Below, piece after piece: positions 12,059 to 22,393 of a DNA stretch of 64,000 nt. The position numbers and the translations under genes were made by a program. The DNA lies in NCBI GenBank assembly GCA_950097015.1, contig CATNEN010000012.1, forward strand, positions 3,720,001 to 3,784,000, read 5' to 3'. The stretch's first letter is position 1; the number at the start of each line of letters is the position of its first letter. The stretch is from Macrostomum hystrix (taxonomy: Eukaryota; Animalia; Platyhelminthes). The notes beneath the pieces are model-generated. The model was not told the DNA's origin and did no database searches. It was given only the letters and a program-made list of their open reading frames with translations.

Positions 12059-12375
12059 TAGAAGAATCAGGCTTGCAGAATATTGCTAGAAGAATATTGC
12101 TAGAAGAATCAGGCTTGCAGAATATTGCTAGAAGAATATTGCTAGAAGAATCAGGCTTGCAGAATATTGCTAGAAGAATATTGCTAGAAGAATCAGGCTT
12201 GCAGAATATTGCTAGAAGAATATTGCTAGAAGAATCAGGCTTGCAGAATATTGCTAGAAGAATCAGGCTTGCAGAATATTGCTAGAAGAAGATTGCTTTC
12301 AAAAGATTGCCTGCAGAAGATTGCTAGAAGAAGATTGCTTTCAAAAGATTGCCTGCAGAAGATTGCTTGCAGAAT
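12059..12375. repeat. Continuation of the 14-bp minisatellite family after the RTE
   Basis: agaatattgctaga / agaatcaggcttgc units related to the 7014-8535 array. Confidence 0.9.
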
Positions 12376-12779
12376 ATGAATACACATTTTCGTAGGACAT
12401 TTGTATCTAGAATCAGATTGTTAGATTGAAGGCTGTCGAGTTAAAGTTTTTTATTGATAGTCTGTGATGTCCAAGGGACAGTTTTGTGCACTATAAATAA
12501 ATATTGTTAAGTCAGTGACACTCATGAGGCACATTAAAATGCCAGTCTAAGCTAAGCAAACACAGTTTAGCATTCCACTTTGTTAAGAAGAAGCTTTGGT
12601 AACGGAGGGACGGGAGAGCTACAGAGAGAAAGAAGGCCAGCGGTGCAGGCGCAGAGCCGAGTTTCAGGACTGTACAGTCAGTGTACATTGATGCGCAGCG
12701 CACATGGAGGCCAACCTCCTTCCCCAACAAGACCTATTAAAAAGACAGATACCAGTAACAGAATCAGTGCGAAGCGGCT

Positions 12780-15700
12780 ATGGAGAAGCGGATGAAGGAG
12801 CTGAAGCGGGCAGCGCTGCTCAGCGGCAGAGCCGAGCTGCCAAACGTCAGTCTGGCAGACTGCAACGCCTACAGCGACTCCACGGGGCCCCTGCACGCGG
12901 CCGCCATGAGCGACAACTTCGAGGCTGCCAAGAAGCTGCTTGAGGGTGGCGCCAGTGCCACCGCGGTCAGTCCGCAGGGCACCACGCCGCTGCACGTGGC
13001 CGCGAGGCACAACTCCGAGACGGTGGCGGACCTGCTGATTAAATCCGGGGCGGAGAGAATCGCCCTAGACGCTTCGGCCAGGTCGCCGCTCATGGTGGCA
13101 GCCGAGCTGGGCCATTCCAGCCTGGTGGAACTGCTGCTGCTGAAGGTGATCGCTGGATAAATGCGTGTCTGTTGATGGGTGGCATCTTTAGATCCATGCC
13201 TAACTTGTCTAACCGGCTGATCTGTCTAACAGGTTGATTTGTCTAACAGGTTGATTTGTCTAACCGGCTAATTTGTCTAACAGGCTGATTTGTCTAACAG
13301 GTAGATTTGTCTAACAGGTTGATCTGTCTAACAGGTTGATTTGTCTAACAGGCTGATTTGTCTAACAGGCTGATCTGTCTAACAGGTTGATTTGTCTAAC
13401 AGGCTGATTTGTCTAACAGGCTGATTTGTCTAACAGGTTGATTTGTCTAACAGGCTGATTTGTCTAACCGGCTGATTTGTCTAACAGGTTGATTTGTCTA
13501 ACAGGTTGATTTGTCTAACAGGCTGATTTGTCTAACCGGCTGATTTGTCTAACAGGCTGATTTGTCTAACAGGTTGATTTGTCTAACAGGCTGATTTGTC
13601 TAACAGGTTGATTTGTCTAACAGGCTGAGTTGTCTAACAGGTAGATTTGTCTAACAGGTTGATCTGTCTAACAGGTTGATTTGTCTAACAGGTTGATTAT
13701 TTCAGGGGGGATGCAGAAACCAGCCTTGCCTCCAGCTCTCTCCCAACAGACCCCAACCCTACCACCAGGATCCCGCATGCTCGGTAAACTTGGAGCTTCG
13801 CGACAGCATCGGTAACACCGCTTTGCACCTGGCCGCGGCCGGCGATCACCCGGAAGTCGTGCACCAGCTGGTCATCTGGAAGGCCAACCTGCTGGCGCTG
13901 AACGACAGCGGAGAGTCGGCATTGGACGTTGCCAAACGCTGCGGTGCTCGGCGAGTCATCGAGATGCTGGCGCCACGAATGCAGCACCTGCAGCAACTAC
14001 AGCAGCAGCAGCCGCCTGACAAGGTAAGTTGTCTGTTGCTGGGGCGAAGAGGGATGAACGAGCGGCAAGAGTCCATTTAGAGTTGAGCAAGAGTCTGCGA
14101 ATCAAGAATCGGTGAGGAGAGAATCTGTGAATCGGTGAGGAGAGAATCGGTGAGTCTGCGAATCAAGAATCGGTGAGGAGAGAATCTGTGAATCGGTGAG
14201 GAGAGAATCTGTGAATCGGTGAGGAGAGAATCTGTGAATCGGTGAATTGGTGATCAGAGAATCGGTGATCAGAGAATCGGTGATCAGAGAATCGGTGAAT
14301 CTGTGAATCGGGGATCAGAGAATCGGGGATCAGAGAATCTGTGAATCGGTGAATCTGTGAATCGGGGATCAGAGAATCTGTGAATCGGTGATTAGAGAAT
14401 CGGTGAATCTGTAAACTGGTGATCAGAGAATCGGTGAATCTGTGAATCGGTGAGCAGAGAATCGGTGAATCTGTGAATCGGTGAGCAGAGAATCGGTGAA
14501 TCTGTGAATCGGTGATCAGAGAATCGGTGAATCTGTGAATCGGTGATCAGAGAATCGGTGAATCTGTGAATCGGTGAGCAGAGAATCGGTGAATCTGTGA
14601 ATCGGTGAGCAGAGAATCGGTGAATCTGTGAATCGGTGATCAGAGAATCGGTGAATCTGTGAATCGGTGAGCAGAGAATCGGTGAATCTGTGAATCGGTG
14701 ATCAGAGAATCTGTAAATCGGTGAGCAGAGAATCTGTGAATCGGTGAATCTGTAAATCGGTGAGCAGAGAATCTGTGAATCGGTGAATCTGTGAATCGGT
14801 GATCAGAGAATCGGTGAATCTGTAAATCGGTGAGCAGAGAATCTGTGAATCGGTGAATCTGTAAATCGGTGAGCAGAGAATCTGTGAATCGGTGAATCTG
14901 TGAATCGGTGATCAGAGAATCGGTGAATCTGTAAATCGGTGAGCAGAGAATCTGTGAATCGGTGAATCTGTGAATCGGTGATCAGAGAATCGGTGAATCT
15001 GTAAATCGGTGAGCAGAGAATCTGTGAATCGGTGAATCTGTGAATCGGTGAGCAGAGAATCTGTGAATCGGTGAATCTGTGAATCGGTGATCAGAGAATC
15101 GGTGAATCTGTGAATCGGTGAGCAGAGAATCTGCGAATCTGCGAAAACGGTCGATTAGTATATTTGCGTGCAAGCGATATTTATGACAAAGCGAATTACG
15201 TAACCGCTTGGGGTTGTCTGAACTGACCAACCCAAGCGGCAGGAATAAAAGTGTACAATGTACACTCACAACCTTCACATCACTTTCCCCTCAGAAAGGG
15301 ATAAAAATAAATAATAATAAAAGTAGATAGCAAAGCGAGTTTCCCTCAGCACGAGCGGAAGAAGTCAGGACGTCGTCGATGTAGGCGATCACTTCCTCCC
15401 AGGTGAGGCCAGACATTATGAGCTCCATCATTCGCTGGTAGGTTGCGGGAGCATTGCACATTCCGAATCCCATTTTCCGGAACTGCATCAGGCCACTAGG
15501 TGTGTAGAAAGCCGTCTTTGGTCGATCCTCCTCTTTCAGCTCTACCTGCAGGAAGCCCTGGCGCAGATCGATTGTTGAAAACCACGAGCAGCCGGCCAAG
15601 GCGTCCAGAGCTTGATGTAGATGTGGGAGCGGATGCGCATCTTTTACTGTGAGGTCATTGAGCGCGCGCCAGTCAACGCAGATGCGGATATCGTTGTTCT

Positions 15701-18700
15701 TTTTCTTAGCGACGATGAGGTTGCTGGCCCAAGGGCTGGTTGAGGGCTCAATAACCCCATTCTGCTCCATCAGCCTCAGCTTCTCTTCGACCGGCTTCCG
15801 TAGCTGCAGCGCAAGACGCCTCGGTCGCTGTCGTACAGGACGTGCCGATTCATTCAGCTGGATCTGGTGCTGCATTCCGACTGCCGAGCCGAGGTCGAAC
15901 TCATGCTGGGATACCGTGTCCATGTAGTCCTTCAGCAGGTCAGTCAACTGCACCTTCTCGCTGCATGCTAGACTAGAGTTGATGTTGAAAACTTGGTCAC
16001 CAGGCTCCCAGCTGTGAAGCTCGCCGTTCTCTTCGACTGCCTCAGCGCCCTCGAATGTTCCCATCGACTGGTTGGGGTAGAGCAGCACCGGCTCGCTTCC
16101 TAAGTTGCACACGCGCACCGGCAGCTCGCCTGCATCCGTCGACACCGCAAAAACACGGCATGGCAGGAGGCCGGATCGGTCAATGAAATCTTGGGTCGGC
16201 TCAAAGACGCCTTTAGCGCCAACAGCGTCCACCTTGACGGTGACGACCTTCACAGAGCGGGCAGGAAGCAGCACCTGGTTGGTCGTTGGCACCAGGCGGC
16301 AGGCAGGGATAGAGCCGGGATCCATCGTGCTGTAGGGCATGCTAATGTTGTCGAAGTCCACCATCTGGTTGCGTTGGTCGATGCGGAACTCGTTGGCTGC
16401 GGCGGTGCCGATGAAATCCATGCCGATGATGTAGTCCGGCCGGATGCCTTTTACTACCAGAGCCGTGATGTCGCGGGCCAGGCAGTCTCCTAGCGTGACT
16501 TTCAGCTGCGTGCTTCCGACCAGGTCGAGTGGTGAGCCGTCAACGGCAACGGGCCTGGCATCGGGCGCTTTGAGCTCGCCACGCAGCCTTCTGAATGCCG
16601 CTTCGCTGATGAGGGAGCTCTGCGCACCTGTGTCGAGGAGCCAGTGGCACGGTATAGTGTTCGCACGGCCGGGGATAAAAACAGACAACTTGCTTACAGA
16701 GGAGGCTGGTGGGACCTGAGAGGTGCCACCAGCCCTTAGCAGTTTCCCTGGTTCGGCTTGGACGGACAGACAGCGGCGATGTGGCCCCTTCCGGAGCACT
16801 TGCGACAGATCACGTTCGAGGTGCTGCCCGCTGAACGGCACTGGGCAGCCAGATGTCCGGGCTTGCCGCAGTTGTAACAGCGGCCTGCTGGTCGACCTGA
16901 ACGCCTGCCCCGCCCGGGCTGCAGCTGCACGCGGCCGATGAGCTCAACCAGGCGCTGCTCCAGCCGTTCCAGACGGTCGTTCTGGGCCACCGCGACAGTC
17001 GCCTGCTGCACCCTTGGTAGTGGTGTGGACAGTTGCTCCAGCCGAGTCGCTCTGGACAGAAACACATCCAGGCTGCATGTTTCGCAGTCCTCACTCTTCA
17101 GCAGTGTGTTGCGGATGTCCTCAGGTAGTAGCTGTAGCAGCCGGAAACGAACGTCGCGATCGCGCTGGTCTGCAGTGTCCTTGGGTCGCGCTCGTTGATG
17201 TAGGAGCCGCAGTGCGTAGCAAAGCTCTCTCAGTGTCTCCGTGGCGCCTCGCTGACGGCTCTCGAACGAATACATGGCTTCGAAAGAGTCTGATTCTCCC
17301 CCGTACTGTGTTGTCAGGGCTGTTTTGAGCGTCTGGTAACTCTTTTATTTGGCTTCTGGCAAATCCCAGACGTACATCTGGGCTTCTCCAGTCAGTAGCA
17401 ACTTCCGTTTCCGAGCAGACTTGGCGTCGTCCCATTCAGCATCTTCGGCGAATTCTTCGAAGAGTCGCAGCCAAGTCCTTATGTCGGCCTTGTCAGTGCC
17501 AGAAAATTTTGGCGGTAACAGTGCACTGTTTGCCGTGGCCATGACTGTGCAGATTTTAGAGTTCGCTTAGCAAGAGTCACCGCTGCCACCAGTGTAAGAT
17601 TTGCGAAAACGGTCGATTAGTATATTTGCGTGCAAGCGATATTTATGACAAAGCGAATTACGTAACCGCTTGGGGTTGTCTGAACCGACCAACCCAAGCG
17701 GCAGGAATAAAAGTGTACAATGTACACTCACAACCTTCACACTGTGAATCTGTGAATCGGTGAGCAGAGAATCTGTGAATCGGTGAATCTGTGAATCGGT
17801 GAATCTGTGAATCGGTGATCAGAGAATCGGTGATCAGAGAATCGGTGAATCTGTGAATCGGTGATCAGAGAATCGGTGAATCTGTGAATCTGTAAATCTG
17901 CGATCAGAGAATCGGTGAATCTGTGAATCGGTGATCAGAGAATCGGTGAATCTGTGAACTGGTGATCAGAGAATCGGTGAATCTGTGAACTGGTGATCAG
18001 AGAATCGGTGAATCTGTGAATCGGTGATCAGAGAATCGGTGAATCTGTGAACTGGTGATCAGAGAATCGGTGAATCTGTGAATCGGTGAGCAGAGAATCT
18101 GTGAATCGGTGAATCTGTGAATCGGTGAATCTGTGAATCGGTGATCAGAGAATCGGTGAATCTGTGAATCGGTGATCAGAGAATCGGTGAATCTGTGAAT
18201 CGGTGATCAGAGAATCTGTGAATCTGTGAATCGGTTAATCGGTGAATCTGTGAATCGGTGATCAGAGAATCTGTGAATCGGTGAATCGAAGGCAGAACCA
18301 ATCGACTGATTTCCTTATCTCAAAACAATCACAGCCCGAAGGTCCAACCAGCGCTCTGGTGCTGTCGGTGCTTCAGAATCGAACCTGCGACCTACAGAGT
18401 GCGGACCTGGGCTTGCTGACAGGCAAGATGGCGGACGGCAAGACCCTGCTGCACTGGGCTGGCATTCGTGACTCGGCCGACTGCGCTGAGTACCTGCTCA
18501 CAACCGGGCTTAAAATCGACTCGCCCGACCGGACCGGCGCCACACCGTTGCACTACGCGGCTCTGAACGGTGCCGAGAAATGCTGCGCTCGCTTCATCTA
18601 CGCCCGTGCCGACGTCAACCAGCAGGAGGCCACGGGCGGCTTGACGCCCCTGATGATGGCCATCGACTCCGAGGCGGTGGCTGCGGTCCAGCTGCTGTTA

Positions 18701-19980
18701 AACACTGGCCAACTGAAGCTGGACATTGTCGACCGCGAAGGCGAGACGGCGCTGATGCATGCGGCGAAGCGGGGCAACGAGGAGCTGGTGCGACTGCTGG
18801 TGCACGAAGCAAAAGGCGACACCCGCCTACTGTCGAGGAAGAACAGCTCCGGCTTGTCGGCCATTGAGATCAGCGACCTGCTAGGCCACCGGAAGGTGTC
18901 CGAGCTGCTGGAGCCCTTCAGGCCTTCTCTGGACGTCTATCCCCGGCGATCGCCCAAGAACGGCTACTGCCTGGTGCTGAACCAGGAGTACAATTCTCCA
19001 AACTACAAGCACGAAGCGGACATGAACATGATGCGAAAAGGCTCGGAGTACGACGTAAAGAGGATCTTCGGCCTTTTCCAGGTAGATTTTCAATGACAAA
19101 ATGTATGAAGTCCTAAAATGATTCTACTCATTATTTAATAATTTTGTACTCCGAATAACTAATGTCATGCATCTCAACACAGGGCAAGCTGGGCTTCCGG
19201 GTGCACATGAGGCAAGACCTCAGCAGCGAGAATATGATTGCCGAAGTACGCAAGATCGCAAACAGTGGGGTTCTGGCCAGTGTGGACTACTTCGTGTGCT
19301 TCATCCTAGCGCATGGGCTGGGCAACGCAGTGCTGGGTACTGATGGCAAGCTGGTGGAGATTCGTGACATCTCTCTGCAGGCAAGGCCCACCGCCCCACA
19401 CTCCGCAGCCACCTCACTCCACAGCCGCCTCACTCCGCAGCCACCTCACTCCGCAGCCACCTCACTCCGCAGCCACATCACTCCACAGCAACCTCACACG
19501 TAACGCAGCCACCTGAAGCTGCTTAGGACTCACCCACTGGCCGGATTTCATATAATTTTTTTTCAACTCTTTTCCCAGGTGGACGCCGAGAACTGCCCGG
19601 ACCTAGCCGGCAAGCCGAAGATATTCTTCATCCAAGCCTGCAGGAATCGAGAAAACGACGGGCCACAAACCTACCAGGTGTCCACCGACGACCGAGCCTC
19701 AAAGCCACCGCTGAACGTTGCAGTGGCGAAGCACATTGACTACTTCTTTGGCTTTTCCACCTGGGAGGACTGTTACGCATACCGTTCGGCGCGTAGAGGC
19801 TCGCTGTATATCGAGAAGATGTACGACGTCATTGAAGAAAATTACGAGAAGATGGACCTGTTGAAGATGATGACTCGTGTGTGCCATGAGGTCGGATCTA
19901 CCCCCGTGCCTGGCAAGGGCTCCACCTGCTACATGGTGCCTGAGATCAAGAGCAGCCTGCAGAAAGATGTCAAGTTCTAA
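12780..19980 (+). CDS. Ankyrin-repeat prodomain caspase (about 10 ANK repeats + caspase p20/p10), 676 aa
   Basis: Five phase-0 exons: 12780-13145, 13706-14023, 18335-19081, 19183-19380 (GC donor), 19579-19980. ANK motifs GPLHAAA, TPLHVAA, SPLMVAA, TALHLAA, SALDVAK, TLLHWAG, TPLHYAA, TPLMMAI, TALMHAA, SAIEISD. Caspase motifs GYCLVLNQ, RKGSEYDV, ILAHG, LAGKPKIFFIQACRN, DYFFGFST, YAYR, GSLYI. Confidence 0.88.
13206..13697. repeat. 17-bp minisatellite (caggctgatttgtctaa) in caspase intron 1
   Basis: About 29 copies filling the intron. Confidence 0.95.
14095..15139. repeat. Composite gaatctgt/gaatcggt/gatcagagaatcggt minisatellite, caspase intron 2 left arm
   Basis: Visible tandem array, interrupted by the Gypsy element. 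Confidence 0.92.
15291..16748 (-). pseudogene. Gypsy pol fragment (aspartic protease + RT truncated just after YIDD)
   Basis: LLDTGA, IIGMDF, SPWASN, RICVDWRALN, FSTIDL, KTAF, FGMCNAPATYQR, YIDDVL, then non-RT sequence. Lies in the -1 frame relative to gag with G GGA AAC at 16742-16748. Confidence 0.9.
16736..17542 (-). pseudogene. Gypsy gag with in-frame premature TAA at 17345-17347
   Basis: MATANSALLPPKFSG...LPEAK*KSYQTL...MYSFESRQR continues in one frame to two CCHC knuckles (CYNCGKPGHLAAQC, CRKCSGRGHIAAVC). Confidence 0.88.
17742..18284. repeat. Right arm of the intron-2 minisatellite
   Basis: Same units as 14095-15139. Confidence 0.92.
19395..19500. repeat. 16-bp minisatellite (gccacctcactccgca) in caspase intron 4
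   Basis: About 6 degenerate copies. Confidence 0.75.
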
Positions 19981-20360
19981 TTCAAACTAAATGGCGGCAT
20001 GCTTATGCTCTTTTGTTTACCTTACAGTGCGAAATGCCAAGATGTCTTTGCAACTCGATTATTCAATCAATAATTTGCGCCAATAATTTTACTCTTGCAC
20101 CGTGCCGACTATTTCAGTGTATCTTTTCTACAGAACCTAGTTTGCCAGATTTCAGGCCTGAAACAAATTATCCGTTATTTTACAGTAGCTATACTCGTAG
20201 TGCATATGCGATTATCGTAGTCCTATACACTTATCCAGAATCGGAAACTTACGTTGTTTTTCTAGTCTTGCACGTTTATTTTGCTATTAAAATTTTCTTA
20301 ATCTGTACCTGTAGTACATCTCTACAGTCGCCTCGCTGCCAATTGACTACTAACCGTCAC

Positions 20361-21532
20361 GTCACTTTCTCAGCCTGGCATAGCTGTGTGCTAATCTATG
20401 TAGCAGCGGCACCCAAACCCGCCACCTCACTTTCTCAGCCTGGCATAGCTGTGTGCTAATCTATGTAGCAGCGGCACCCAAACCCGCCACCTCACTTTCT
20501 CAGCCTGGCATAGCTGTGTGCTAATCTATGTAGCAGCGGCACCCAAACCCGCCACCTCACTTTCTCAGCCTGGCATAGCTGTGTGCTAATCTATGTAGCA
20601 GCGGCACCCAAACACGCCACCTCACTTTCTCAGCCTGGCATAGCTGTGTGCTAATCTATGTAGCAGCGGCACCCAAACACGCCACCTCACTTTCTCAGCC
20701 TGGCATAGCTGTGTGCTAATCTATGTAGCAGCGGCAACCCCAAACCGGCCACCTCACTTTCTCAGCGTGGCATAGCTGTGTGCTAATCTATGTAGCAGCG
20801 GCACCCAAACCCGCCACCTCACTTTCTCAGCCTGGCATAGCTGTGTGCTAATCTATGTAGCAGCGGCACCCAAACACGCCACCTCACTTTCTCAGCCTGG
20901 CATAGCTGTGTGCTAATCTATGTAGCAGCGGCACCCAAACACGCCACCTCACTTTCTCAGCCTGGCATAGCTGTGTGCTAATCTATGTAGCAGCGGCACC
21001 CAAACCCGCCACCTCACTTTCTCAGCCTAGCATAGCTGTGTGCTAATCTATGTAGCAGCGGCACCCAAACCCGCCACCTCACTTTCTCAGCCTGGCATAG
21101 CTGTGTGCTAATCTATGTAGCAGCGGCACCCAAACCCGCCACCTCACTTTCTCAGTCTGGCATAGCTGTGTGCTAATCTATGTAGCAGCGGCACCCAAAC
21201 CCGCCACCTCACTTTCTCAGCCTGGCATAGCTGTGTGCTAATCTATGTAGCAGCGGCACCCAAACCCGCCACCTCACTTTCTCAGCCTAGCATAGCTGTG
21301 TGCTAATCTATGTAGCAGCGGCACCCAAACCCGCCACCTCACTTTCTCAGCCTGGCATAGCTGTGTGCTAATCTATGTAGCAGCGGCACCCAAACCCGCC
21401 ACCTCACTTTCTCAGCCTGGCATAGCTGTGTGCTAATCTATGTAGCAGCGGCACCCAAACCCGCCACCTCACTTTCTCAGCCTAGCATAGCTGTGTGCTA
21501 ATCTATGTAGCAGCGGCACCCAAACCCGCCAC
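20361..21532. repeat. 65-bp minisatellite, about 18 near-identical copies, between caspase and IBTK 3' ends
   Basis: Unit starts at 20421 and 20486 (period 65); no spacers. Confidence 0.95.
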
Positions 21533-22393
21533 CGTCATCAACTAAAAAACAAATTTTTGTCCGAAATTTGTTCGTGTTCTATCGATAGGCAGATAATAGA
21601 CATATGAGCAACGGAACATGTCATTAAGTGAAATAATCAAGTAAGAATAACAAAATGTAATTTACAGTTACACGTTGATGCTAAAATAAATTTTCAAGCT
21701 TTTGAAAACAAATTTATGCAACAATTATACGTTTCTTATAATCCAGGCGAACAAGTGAAATAATCAAGCATGCACTTACTGGCGCAAGAAATATAAATTG
21801 CAAAATAACGATGAAATAATCAATAAAAGTTAAAATATAAGACTGAATTCTGCCGCTTCAAGAGATGCGAACAACAACTACAGATAACTAAGGAGCCACA
21901 AACATATGATCTGCAAAATTTTATTAAATACTGTTTCAGAGTTGTCCTTTCGAAAGTCAAAACCTTGTTATCTCTGTTATAATAGTAGTGTCCGATACTT
22001 CAAAATTTTCTTACTAATAGAAATATCACACTCACACGTAGCCAGAATTCCCAATAGACGTGGTAAAGATATGAAGAATAAATATAGCATTTCACGGTTA
22101 AAATACTAAAAACTAACAACCTAACACCGTTTAAAAACTCAGATAAAACGAGGAACTCAGTTCTTGCTTTACTGTCTATGGCCACGTGTGGGTGAGTGAG
22201 TGTGACAGCGACCATAGACATCTAAGCAAGTCAAGAATATAGACAGTCCAGCAGCACTCTGAGCACCACCGCTTTCATGGTCTTTGTAGATGGCCTTGGC
22301 CATAGACAATAAACATCCAATATACTAAAATTCAAACTATATTTCTATGAAAGTCTATAAATGGCGTTGAAATTACAGTCCAAAATAAATCCT

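Larger units (their letters stand above)
15140..17741 (-). mobile_element. Ty3/Gypsy LTR retrotransposon, internally deleted and non-autonomous
   Basis: 5' LTR 17593-17741 (TG...CA); 3' LTR 15140-15279 lacks its 9 outer bp; 1 mismatch over the shared 140 bp. PBS at 17578-17591 matches the tRNA-Leu 3' end (CACCGCTGCCACCA). PPT at 15281-15292. Gag, PR and partial RT present; RNase H and integrase absent. Confidence 0.93.

Noticed and set aside
20361-21532. CRISPR-like regular array
   Set aside because: Units are contiguous with no unique spacers, and the context is eukaryotic. The same applies to the 55-, 51- and 44-bp arrays.
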